Source of the DNA: Antedon mediterranea
Lineage: Eukaryota > Animalia > Echinodermata
Reading direction: 5' to 3'
Length of the DNA: 64,000 nucleotides
NCBI RefSeq assembly: GCF_964355755.1
Contig: NC_092672.1
Coordinates: forward strand, 35,408,437 to 35,472,436
Shown here one piece after another: positions 53,460 to 64,000 of the stretch; the first letter of the stretch is position 1; the number at the start of each line of letters is the position of its first letter. The position numbers and the translations under genes are program-made. Below the pieces are notes generated by a model. That model ran no database searches, was not told where the DNA came from, and saw nothing but the letters and a program-made list of their open reading frames with translations.

Positions 53460-54000
53460 TAGCTGTTCAACCAGTTTCAGCTATTAAAAACAATCATCGT
53501 AGGAGGAGATAGGAAAATGCGAAGCCTCCTCGCATTTTTGTGGCGGGTATTTTTCAAGATGGACATCCATTAGACAGTGTATACAACGATCGGAAAACAC
53601 CCCTATTTGGGGCAAATCGTTGAACCTAAATTCGTTTTAATCGTCAATAACTAATTATCTAACTTAATTTAATTAGTAAACAGGCTTACATCAGGTGGTT
53701 AAAATCAGTACCGAAAGTACGAACCAACTTTATATACCATCGAGTAAAAATTCTAGAAGTAACGCGCGATTTACCGAATTTTGCCCTTACGTAAATTTAT
53801 ATATAGATACATATACATAATACATTGTTGTAATTGGTCAATTTTGAACTTTGACCCCTTATATCTCGAAAACGCTTCCTATCCTGATCGATTACCTTCC
53901 ATATTTGTAATCTACGGAAAATTCTGGTCTAGAAAAGTTGGATGGCAATTTGTCCCCTTTCGGGTGGTGGTGAATCCCCCCTCCTGCCACCGGACTACTA
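53460..54000. mobile_element. One end of an Academ-like DNA element
   Basis: Ends CCTGCCACCGGACTACTA (TAGTAGTCC terminus on minus strand); ACTTTGACC motif shared with 51600-52500. Confidence 0.45.
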
Positions 54001-54300
54001 GTATTAAATGTTAATAAAATCATTGTAATACACTGGTACGTGTGCCGATAACAACCTAGTATTAAATGTTAATAAAATCATTGTAATACACTGGTACGTG
54101 GGCCGATAACAACCTAGTATTAAATGTTAATAAAATCATTGTATTACACTGGTACGTGGGCCGATAACAACCTAGTATTAAATGTTAATAAAATCATTGT
54201 AATACAGTGGTACGTGTGCCGATAACAACCTAGTATTAAATGTTAATAAAATCATTGTAATACACCGGTGTGTCGATACAACTTGATATTAAATGTTAAT
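53999..54300 (+). repeat. 58-bp tandem repeat (~5 copies) derived from Rex-Babar-like RT sequence
   Basis: Period 58 (TAGTATTAAATG at 53999, 54057, ...); single-copy homolog at ~61390-61440 within a LINE fragment. Confidence 0.85.
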
Positions 54301-55699
54301 AAAACAAAGGAAATCATTGTCTATTTCAGGAAAAATAAACCAAATATAATTCCATTGTTAGTTAATTAATTCTCAAGTTGAGATTGTAGATATAATTTTA
54401 AGTTTCTTGGTGTGGTGATTACCAGCGATCTAAAATGACATGATCACATAACCAAGTGTCAAACAAGCCCAATAATGCCTTTAGTTTTTGCGTAGACTGT
54501 AATATTTTGAGAGTTAACGTACCTTTACATTTTGTCACTTTTTGTACAAGTCGGTTACTGAAAGTTTACTCACCTTTAGTTTTATTGTGTGATTTACCGG
54601 AGCCACAAGTAAAGCTAAGTCAGGTCTACAACGTATCGTTAAAGATCTATTGTCCTCTTGAAAAAATAATTCTTAACAATTTTTTTTTAATATGCCATTT
54701 TGATGGCACCTAATAGTATATCCACTTTGACCAAAAATTGGATCGAAAAAATGTATTTACCTAAAAAAACTGTAATTTAAAGCAACAAAATACTCAAATT
54801 GGCTGCCAACCAATGGGTTTTTGGTTGAATTTAACCATTTGTTTTTGTCATTTTATAACTGAAAACATTAATTTTTTTCCGGTGTTTTTTCTATGGAAGT
54901 GATTAACTTCAATGAAACTACAAAATAATCTATTCAAAGTCTGATTTTATTCTTCTTTATTTTTCAAGTTTTTGGGGACAATACGTCTTTAAGTTATGCA
55001 TCACGTATCATTGGAACTGAGCAGTGTTCTATTGAATCCGTTTTTTAAAATCGATCAATTAAGAAAACACATTATGTATTACAAGATTGCACTCCATGCA
55101 TAATGTATTTGAGGTGTTACGATCGGTAGACGTTACCGGGCCATCATCTCTCGTACAAATAGGTTTCGTAACATCTTTTATCTATCTAAATAGCACAGGA
55201 CTGCCTATACACACAGATGCTGATAGTCACAGACTTTACAAAACTAGCATAGACTATACACACAGCTGCTGAATGAAAGTGTATACGGTGTAACCTTCCA
55301 AACAATGTAAAATAAAAACACTCGTTTCTTCATTTGCATTTTATTGCTCGTTTTAAATCGATATTTTACATAAATAATTAAATTGATTGTTCATTCAAAA
55401 ATTAGATGATTAAATCAAAGTTGGTTAGCAATTGTTTTTTTCTTATTTTAGACCTATATATTTATATATTTCATTCGGTGTTTGTCTCTTTATGTTTTGT
55501 TTATAGTATTGTTCAGCCGTCTTTTGGCTGATCAGAGTCTTCCATCACAAATATTTACATTTTTCTATTTGATTTCCTATAGGCCTATTTATTTTATACA
55601 GTATTGTCATCTACTTTTTATATTGTATCACAATTCACTTTTATGTATTTTAAGAAATCAGACTATAGTCCCACACAATTTTCCTAACAATCTTTAGGT

Positions 55700-58321
55700 C
55701 TATACAGCCGTAGTTTGAGTGGTTCTCTCGCGGACAGCCAAATATTCTTTAATGTCTTGCCGAATGCATTTTTCAAGGATCGTTTTTTTACTCTCCTCTT
55801 CTGCCTTATTCCGTAGTATTACCTCAAAAAGTGGTACAATTCCAGCAATAAAAACCGCTGCATATAGCTTCACTTGTTTTAACTGGTTGAAATTGTCAAT
55901 GAACTTTAGCGTTGAGAAACCTACCCAAATTACTAGGCTCAGAATTAGAAGTTGCATGATTATAATTAGAAGTTGAGTCTCTGGTGGTCTATACTTTGTT
56001 ACAATGGTGTCAAAGAAAGTCTTTTCAATAGCAATTAAGCCTTCAGTATCTTGCCGGATTATCGGTAAAGATGGAATTTCTATAGTGATATCCGTTTGTA
56101 TAGATACAGACGTATGACCTTCTGAAAGAGTATCTGTAGGTTGTTGGTTAAAAGCAGATTCTACTGCAGTGCTATCTGATTGTACAGATACAGACGTATG
56201 ACCTGCCGAAAGAGTATCTGTAGGTTGTGGATTAAAAGCAGATTCTGCTGCAGTGCTATCTGATTGTACAGATATAGACGTATGACCTGCTGAAAGAGTA
56301 TCTGTAGGTTGCGGGTTAAAAGAAGATTCTGATGCAGTGCTGTCTGATTGTACAGATACAGACGTATGACCTGCTGAAAGAGTATCAGTAGGTTGTGGGT
56401 TAAAAGCAGATTCTGCTGCAGGGCTATCTGATAATTGTGCATGGGTAGAAGTTTGATCTGAAAGAGTGTCGTAGTTATAATTAGTGGAAACTTCATTTCC
56501 AGCTAATAATGCCGTCCTTTCATCAGAATGTTCAATAATATTAAGTTCAAAGCAGTCCTCATCGTCCTTGTTTTTAAATTGTGGAAAAGAGGGCAGTTTA
56601 TCACCAGAAACTTGCACCTTGTTATCTTTAATTAACTCATCAAATGCCGCAATCACTTGCTGAAGGAGAACCACATATCCTTTGTAATAACCGGTTATAA
56701 TTGAAATGACGTAACCAATCACAATTAAAGTTATAACAGCAACGACCCCAGCGGTACCAGGGTTGACCAACAAACCGATGTAGAAGTACCAAATAATATC
56801 AAATATGTACCTAATGGTACATCCCCACTTTGTAGACAGAACAATGTTCACAGTAGCACTAATTGATATCACCCAAAACGGCGATAATAATGTCATCACA
56901 ACTCCAGATAGTGTTTGGCCTACTGCCACTACTAGACATAAACGAACATAAAGATAAAATGTCGATGTAGACATAACAACAGTAAAAATACCGTAGACTA
57001 ATAAGAACGGTCCTACAAGAATATAAAACATAGTTTTACAGAGTAATCCTTTTTTGCTCAAACACTTCCAGAACCAGTTTAACCCATCCTTCCAGTGGGA
57101 AATTGAAACAATCAATTTGATCCTTTCCTTCATTTCAAACGAAAGTTTGTGTAAACCACTGTAATTATTTTCTGGAAGTTTCAATATCTTGAGAATGCAA
57201 CGAACTTTCCAATTTGTTCTAATGTTGTGCAAATTAGAGTAATTATTCAAAAAACTAGTTTCAAACCAAACTTGACACTTTAACCAGATTATCAACATAA
57301 AAATGCAAGCAAATATATAAAATGAATCAACAAAAATATTTGAATGCTGGCATATCATATTTAAAGGCTCCCAACACTTTGGTATGACTTCACTGTTCTT
57401 AAACGCTGCACGGCGACGGTGAAAATTATCGCTGTCCGAAACATGAGCAATGATGTAAGGTAGATATGGTAGAAAACCAGCAAGTACCCATAAAATCAGC
57501 CAACGCAGAATAAAACTACATTTATGTTGATTTCCACTATAAAATATCAAGTGTTTAGTGCCTATTGGTAGATCAGTCCGTAAGCTAAAATATTCTTTTC
57601 CATACTCATTCATTGGTTTTACGCGACACAAAAAGGAGACAAGGAACCAAATAAAGTAGAATGTGAATATGCTACTAAACCAGGAAAATGTGTTATACCA
57701 AGAATGTTTCATATTTTTACGAAGTTTAATTGAGCCATCGTCTGAATTTGTCCAGCATTCAAAGTACGTACTACTTTGAAGAAGTTGGTAATAACACCCT
57801 GGCGTTGTCGATATGCTGAAATTATAACGTGTAAGCTGTCGCTCAATGCAAACATCTTGTTTCACATTGTCAATTTTTAGCTGCAGTAAAGAGTTTGCGA
57901 TTATGTTTAATTTGTCTTCATTTTCAACATCAAAGAAACACTCTGGTACTGAGGTGATGTTTAAGGAGATGTGTTCTACACCAGGAGACAGAGTTCCAAG
58001 TGACAGGTGTTCAAAATCAAAAGGAAAAGTCGAAAGCAGTTCACCAATTTCCCCGACAGTCACAACCCAGTGGTTGACATCAATCACTGTTGTATTGTCA
58101 TAAAAACTTTTTCCAACAGAATCAGAAGCATCAACAAAAGATAACAACTTTACGTTGATAAAGACAGCATCACCTTTTAAGAGTTCTTGCAAGACATCTG
58201 TGCCATCCATCTCTAGTAGACAGGTAGTGTTATCGAACTGGATCCTTGCAGAGATGTCTCTGGATGACGTCACAATGAACATGGTTGCCAGAAGAAGTAA
58301 GATGCTCCGAAAACGTGTCAT
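55700..58321 (-). CDS. Uncharacterised multi-pass membrane protein, paralog 4 (873 aa from ATG)
   Basis: Intact ORF; ATG at 58321 matches the paralog start MTRFRS; splice acceptor just upstream (~58347); signal peptide, ~9 TM, four 28-aa repeats in the long loop. Confidence 0.9.
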   Translation of the reverse strand: MTRFRSILLLLATMFIVTSSRDISARIQFDNTTCLLEMDGTDVLQELLKGDAVFINVKLLSFVDASDSVGKSFYDNTTVIDVNHWVVTVGEIGELLSTFPFDFEHLSLGTLSPGVEHISLNITSVPECFFDVENEDKLNIIANSLLQLKIDNVKQDVCIERQLTRYNFSISTTPGCYYQLLQSSTYFECWTNSDDGSIKLRKNMKHSWYNTFSWFSSIFTFYFIWFLVSFLCRVKPMNEYGKEYFSLRTDLPIGTKHLIFYSGNQHKCSFILRWLILWVLAGFLPYLPYIIAHVSDSDNFHRRRAAFKNSEVIPKCWEPLNMICQHSNIFVDSFYIFACIFMLIIWLKCQVWFETSFLNNYSNLHNIRTNWKVRCILKILKLPENNYSGLHKLSFEMKERIKLIVSISHWKDGLNWFWKCLSKKGLLCKTMFYILVGPFLLVYGIFTVVMSTSTFYLYVRLCLVVAVGQTLSGVVMTLLSPFWVISISATVNIVLSTKWGCTIRYIFDIIWYFYIGLLVNPGTAGVVAVITLIVIGYVISIITGYYKGYVVLLQQVIAAFDELIKDNKVQVSGDKLPSFPQFKNKDDEDCFELNIIEHSDERTALLAGNEVSTNYNYDTLSDQTSTHAQLSDSPAAESAFNPQPTDTLSAGHTSVSVQSDSTASESSFNPQPTDTLSAGHTSISVQSDSTAAESAFNPQPTDTLSAGHTSVSVQSDSTAVESAFNQQPTDTLSEGHTSVSIQTDITIEIPSLPIIRQDTEGLIAIEKTFFDTIVTKYRPPETQLLIIIMQLLILSLVIWVGFSTLKFIDNFNQLKQVKLYAAVFIAGIVPLFEVILRNKAEEESKKTILEKCIRQDIKEYLAVRERTTQTTAV
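56093..56428 (-). repeat. In-frame 84-bp (28-aa) coding tandem repeat x4
   Basis: DSTAAESAFNPQPTDTLSAGHTSVSVQS-like units, period 84 (56161, 56245, ...). Confidence 0.93.
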
Positions 58322-59372
58322 GGTTTGAGGAGTAAAGATAATGACTCTGAAAATAATCAAATTAATGTACCTACACTTTGTGGATGAAGTTTTTTGGTAT
58401 GCTACTATTGTATGTATTTATTCATGAGTCGCGTAGCTTGTCCACATAGGGGTAATTTGTGTGTTCCTCTTTAATTTAACAGGATTTTTGCCAAATAAAC
58501 CATACCTTACATTACTGTACTTTACACCCCCGTATGCATTCAAGCTAATCACCTATACTAATACCCTATACGATTAGTATATTTAGGCCATAATAAAGAT
58601 GTCAATCAAGAGAACATGTCAACTTATATTGAAGTTGAAATGTCGTAATTTTTACATTTATTGGTACACAAAATAACTGAAAGAGCATTTATTTTTATAG
58701 GATACTCAGACGCCATTTTCAACAAAGCTCATGTGAAACCTGTTCCGGAAAATGGTTTCTACAGTACAAAATTAAATTGTATAATAGCAAAATATTATAT
58801 TCAATACAATACTGTAACTTACAGTATTGTATGTAAGGCACATTAACATGAATTTATTTTGTGAATATCCAAGCAAAGGTATAGATGCGATTGGAATAAC
58901 TTACCAGTGACGACGAATAAGTGATCAAAACGAAATGATTACCAACAGTGACACTATTAGAAGTTGGTAAGAAGCAGCAAAGCAGAAGTTTATTTTATGT
59001 AATTTGAATAGTATTACAGTAATAGTCGGCCTGACTTGCACTAAAAAAAACGGAGGAATATAAATACAAATGATCAAATGTCGATGAGAGAAATAAATAT
59101 AATTTTAATATGAAACGATATATTAAAATGATACATTGGTGGTTATTAATTTCGAAATTGTAAAACGGTTTTGAATTGGCCTCAATTGAATATAAACAAT
59201 TTCCTTGTACATTCGACCGACGTGCATGGATACTAGCTGTATGTACAAATCAAAATTGATTAACTAAAGACTTATATTAACTAAGTAACATTTTGTTTTA
59301 GTAGTATTTACAAAATAAGTTAAGATATGGGTAAAAAGATGTCATAATCTCTCATTAACTAGAGGAAACAAT

Positions 59373-59930
59373 TTAGTATACCTTTGACCTTTGACCTTTG
59401 ATTATGTAATGTGTTTTATTATTATTTTTCATGTTATTTTGTTTAATAGCAAATTTAATTGTTGTTCTTCTTATGTTCCATTTTGTCATTTCCCAAATAG
59501 TGTTAGGGTTATTTTCTGCACATTCTATCTTGGTGTTCTTTATTGTTTCTATAATATCCTTTACGTAGTTGGGATACTGTAATAAACTAGTGTTCAGCTT
59601 TATTAGGTCCGTAAATGTTTGCAATAGTAAATAATTGTTCATTAATTGCAATGATTATTCTACCATTGTCATCCTGATAAACATTATCGAATTCGTATGT
59701 GGCATACCGTTTAAAACGTACACATACTCCGGCAGAATTGGATGTGCCATTACTGAATAATATGTTAGTGCCTCCATTCTATTCGCCACTGTTTTCTAAT
59801 TCGATTGTGCAGTGTGTTTCTTGTAACAAATAAATGGAAATGGCTGATCCTGTAACCAATTAAAAACCGTCCGACGCTTAAACGAGTTCCTTAGGCCCAA
59901 CATTCAAACTACATACTTCTACGTTTGCCA
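59373..59930 (-). mobile_element. L1/Tx1-type endonuclease fragment (copy upstream of paralog 4)
   Basis: Homologous to 19420-20065; KLNTSLL..PNTIWE..K..IR motif. Confidence 0.75.
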
Positions 59931-60719
59931 TATGGTAGTATGGTGGAAGTTGTAACAACGTACTGATTTAAGGTTAATATTCAAGAAGGCCAATTATTAT
60001 TAGTATTATGTAATTTGAATAGTATTACAGTATAGTCGGTCTGACTTGCACTAAAAAAACGGAGGAATATAAATACAAATGGTAAAATGTCGATGAGAGA
60101 AATAAAAATAATTTTAACATGAAACGATATGGTTATCAATTTCGAAATTGTAAAACAGTTTTGAATTTCCTTGTAAACTGTAGCCTACATTCAACCGACG
60201 TGCATGGATACTCGCTGTACAAAATTGAATAACTACAGACCTTACAGGGGTGATCTCTCCACATGCTCTAAATTTACCTTGTTAAAATACGAGTACGTTT
60301 TGAAATCGTCCACAAGATTCGTACTAGTGTTCAACCTATTTCACTCACTTGTGATCTAATTTATCAAATATATTTTAAAGACTATTGTATGTCAACAACT
60401 CTAGGCCTACCACTTGATTGAATTTGCCTTTTATGCGATCGCAACCTACCCTATCGCAACCTTTACAAAACAAAACAATACGCCTGAGGATGATCAAAGC
60501 ATATATTGATCGACACGTCGAGAAACTCAACAAACTTTATAACAACAATACACACTTTATCGTCGCGCAAGTGAACACATTATTATGCAAATTACTTTGG
60601 GGACGGAAGAAGGGATTGAAGTAAATTGAAACCCGCAATAACCTATGAACGTTCTTCGAACAACATCACACTATTTTCTATGAATTGTCAGTCAGTTAAA
60701 AATAAAGCATCTCAATAAA

Positions 60720-60985
60720 GAAATCGGGCGGTGGTCTCGCACGCCACCCAGTGAACGTCTTTGTAACTGCGGCAAAGTGCACCTGAAAGGCGTGTCTAGG
60801 GGGACATTGCTTTCTCCAAATTAGGAGCAAGTTTCTGGAACCCTCTGCCAATAGACTTAAGGGAACTGAAATCGATAGATCTATTTAAGAAAGGCCTTAA
60901 AACTTACTTGTTTCCTATGCATTAGAATGTGAAGCGCCTTGATCAATTTAGAAAGGCGCTATACAAATTGTTTTATTATTATTTA
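60720..60985 (+). mobile_element. L2 LINE 3' end
   Basis: WNPLP..LR...FKKGLKTYLF-like coding remnant, AAGCGCCTT..AAGGCGCT stem, (ATT)n tail. Confidence 0.75.
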
Positions 60986-61039
60986 ACGGGTGGTAGCCAA
61001 ACATTTAAATTCTTATGTCTGAGCATCATCTACATGAAC

Positions 61040-61640
61040 CGTTTCAATCTGCATATAAAACATGTCATAGCACCGAAACAGCATTACTTAACCTTGAGGT
61101 CCACAATGACATCTTATTGGCAATTCAATACAGTGGTTCCACATAGACTGTTTGGCAAGATGGGCAAACTGGGAGTATCACTGCCGATATATAGGTGGGT
61201 GTTGGACTTCCTTAGTAATAGATCACAATACGTTAAGCTGAGTAATTTAATGTCTCCCTTTGTTTTCTATTTATACTTAATTTATGATTTTGTTATGACA
61301 ATTGTCGCACGGTTTTTGCCGATGATACTACAATCGCGGGGCTTATAACAAATAATGATGAAGTAGAGTGCCTAACTCAGGTCAATAATGTAATACACTG
61401 GTGTGTTGGTAACAACCTAATATTAAATGTTAATAAAACAAAGGAAAATTTCAGGGAAAAAAAATAAACCAAATAAAATTCCATTGTATATTAATAATTC
61501 AAGTTGAGATTGTAGATAATTTTAAGTTTCTTGGCGTGGTGATTACCAGTGATCTAAAATGGCATGATCACATAACCAAGTGTATCAAAGAAGTCCAACA
61601 ATGCCTTTACTTTTTGTGTGGACTGAAATCTTTTTAAACA
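61040..61640 (+). mobile_element. Rex-Babar-like LINE RT fragment
   Basis: FNTVVPHRL...WVLDFLSNRSQYVK, FADD, WC..NNL.LNVNKTKE, FKFLGV motifs. Confidence 0.78.
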
Positions 61641-61654
61641 TTTCATTATCACTT

Positions 61655-61965
61655 TTTAGGACTTACTCATTTTCTCCATCTGGACACTATTGGGTAGAAA
61701 GTCCGATTTTTAAAGTACAACTCCTCCCTTATTAGTTGTAGTATTGAGCTGGGATTTGGCATGAATATACTACAGGGACATGTCCTCAAATCTATAGAGC
61801 CGGATTTTTAAATTTCAAACCGGATGCAGCCATATGACGTCTCGAAGATGGTACCATATAGCCGTATTTGGTAGGTTATTGATGTGTATGTGACGTCACA
61901 TCCCGTCTTATGACGTCATTACAGCTTCATTTTCTGTACCCCGAGTATCGCACATTCGTGCTTTT
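61655..61965 (+). mobile_element. HINE/Helentron-like element, 5'-truncated copy
   Basis: Homologous to 62451-62806; ends GTACCCCGAGTA plus hairpin GCACATTCGTGC plus T-run. Confidence 0.7.
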
Positions 61966-62036
61966 TTGTTAATTAATTTGTTTAATTAAGAAGCCACAAT
62001 GTGTGACACACACCACAGCGTTATGTAGTTATATGC

Positions 62037-62101
62037 GGCTTCTTGACGTAGTGGTTATCACGTTTGCTTAACACGCAGAAGGTTCGAGCCCGGGCGAAAC
62101 C
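62037..62101 (+). pseudogene. tRNA-Val(AAC) pseudogene
   Basis: GTAGTGGTTATCACG..TAACACGCAGAAGG|TTCGAGCCCGGGCGAAACC with deletion of the 5' T-stem and broken acceptor stem; T-run follows. Confidence 0.8.
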
Positions 62102-62315
62102 TTTTTTTAAAACGTTATGGTGAAAAGTACTGTATACGCAATATGATAATTATACACAGTATATCTTATTTTTATTATTTTTTTAAATACTTATTTTGTG
62201 TAATCGGTAATTATCACTTTTACACATGTTTATTTTGCTTTGTGCTTATTACCATATTTATTTGTAATTTAAATGGATTAAAAAACTTTCTGTAACCCAC
62301 ATTTTTAGTGCAAGA

Positions 62316-62388
62316 GGTTTCGTAGTGTAGTGGTTATCAAGTCTGCATAACACGCAGAAGGTCCCCGGTTCGAGCCCTGGCGAAACCT
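62316..62388 (+). tRNA. tRNA-Val(AAC), possibly a pseudogene
   Basis: 73 nt; acceptor GGTTTCG/CGAAACC, anticodon stem TCTGC/GCAGA with AAC, boxes A/B, downstream T-run; mismatches in D and T stems and a T discriminator. Confidence 0.7.
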
Positions 62389-62450
62389 ATTTTTCTTTAA
62401 CTTTATGGTGAAATATACTGTATACGTAATATGATATAGAGTATATCTCG

Positions 62451-62806
62451 TTTTATTACTCGGGGTACCTGAGTCTAGGACTCTCTCATCTTTTCCTCTT
62501 CTTCTTCCATCCGGACACTATTGAGCAAAAAGTGCGATTTATAAAGTACTACTCCTCCCGCCCTTATTCGTTGTAGTATTGAGCTCGGATTTAGCATGAA
62601 TATACTACAGGGACATGTCCTCAAAGCTATAGAGCCGGAATGTTTAATTTCATACCGGATGCAGCCATATCACGTCTCGAAGATGGTACCGTATAGCCGT
62701 ATTTGGTAGCGCGGTTATTGATGTGTATGTGACGTTACATCCGGTCTTATGACGTCATTACAGCTTCTTTCGCTGTACCCCGAGTATTGCACATTCGTGC
62801 TTCTTT
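62451..62806 (+). mobile_element. HINE/Helentron-like element, complete
   Basis: TTTTAT start, subterminal IR TACTCGGGGTAC / GTACCCCGAGTA, 3' hairpin GCACATTCGTGC, T-rich site. Confidence 0.75.
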
Positions 62807-63575
62807 TACAAGTCGGTCATTGAAAGTGACTCACCCTTAGTTTTGTTTTGTGGTTCATCGGGGCCACAAGATAATTCAGATCTACAACGTGTTGTTAAGT
62901 ATGCATCACGTATCATTGGAACTAAGCAGAGCTCTATTGAATCCGTTTTTGAAAATCGATCAATTAAAAAAACACATTCTATATTGCAAGATTGTATACT
63001 CATCCCATGCATAATGTAGTATTACGTAGCGGTAGAAGTTACGGTCCATCATCTCTCGTACAAATAGGTTTCGTAACAGTTTTTATCCAGCTGCCATTCA
63101 GGCACTGAAGCGGCTTGTCAGTATACCATACGAGAGTGATGTGACACTGTAATTGTTTTTGTTAGTTTTTCATTTATCTGTTTTTGTATATCTTAGAGCA
63201 AACATAATTTCTATGTATATTTTATAAGTTATTGCTGTGTTGTAACAGTAATTAAACCTTGTTTATTTTGTCTGCCCTTAAATTTGTTTTATATTGGTAT
63301 ACAGGAGTTGACACTAATATTTCATATTTAGTAACTACAGTAGTAGTAAAATACAGAATAGTGGGATCTCACTATAATTACTCGCTATACACACAGCTGC
63401 TGTGCTTATAGCCACAAACTTTAGAGAACTAGCATAAGGCTATACACACGTCAGCTGCTTTGCGTATAGCCACATACTTTACAGAACTAGCACAGGACTG
63501 CCTATACACGCAAATTCTGTGCGTATAGTAACAAAACTAGCATAAGACTATACACACCTGCTGTGTGTATGGCCA

Positions 63576-64000
63576 TATTCTTTTACTGTGCTGAAATTTC
63601 AATAACTGGATGTACAAAGAATTTAAAAAGAATGGCATTTTGTCACCGTTAATTTTGACGGTATTACGTTAGTAGTGTGTTCTTGATTTTAAGTGCAGTG
63701 CCAATAAGCTTTTAAACTCTCAAATTTATAATGGGGGTCATTTAATTTAATGTATTCAAATTTGGCTATATGCACTACCTACTACCAATAATGATTTACT
63801 TGATAATTCAAGTTACAATTCAAATTTAGTTGTTACTGTGTTGTAACAGTAATTATTCATATTTTGGGTTTGTTACATATTTTGCGCAATAATAAATAAA
63901 AAGTTATTGATTTAGGCCTATGAAATACAGTTTGTAGTTGAAATCATAAATTGGTTTGTATGCGTGATGAATCCTGAAAGTTAGAAATATTATTGTCTTT
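63576..64000 (+). repeat. Segmental duplicate of window start (1-337 plus ~3540-3610)
   Basis: Colinear high similarity, containing a single copy of the 37-bp unit at ~63901-63936. Confidence 0.95.

Noticed and set aside
16276-58103. Plus-strand ORFs overlapping the membrane-protein genes (e.g. 17950-18372, 39086-39565, 55719-55976)
   Set aside because: Antisense shadows of the real minus-strand CDSs
58322-58360. 13-aa N-terminal extension of the 886-aa ORF-track call
   Set aside because: Non-ATG start that crosses a splice acceptor; paralogs start at MTR

Overview
AT-rich eukaryotic genomic DNA. The repeat families (BEL/Pao, RTE, L2/CR1, Rex-Babar, Helitron/Helentron, Kolobok, tRNA-SINE) suggest an invertebrate animal, probably marine; that assignment is inference. 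The backbone is a tandem cluster of four minus-strand paralogs of an uncharacterised protein with a signal peptide and ~9 predicted TM helices, each CDS in a single exon. Two are intact (16218-18365, 55700-58321), one is frameshifted (37507-39558) and one is a TE-shattered remnant (~27735-29530). They sit in segmentally duplicated blocks (the window end repeats the window start) and are separated by dense, often nested transposons. These include a young BEL/Pao LTR element with in-frame internal deletions, a KolobokP-like relic (THAP plus P2X7-ballast-like fragments), a self-nested Harbinger MITE, a ~9.1 kb long-TIR element, a Helitron, Helentron-type HINEs (one pair bracketing two tRNA-Val copies), and 37-bp and 55-bp minisatellites. 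Paralog comparisons reveal recurrent TA-to-TAGGCCTA/TAGCCTA/TACGGTA micro-insertions. All calls were made by eye, without database searches; TE boundaries are approximate unless a TSD or TIR is quoted.
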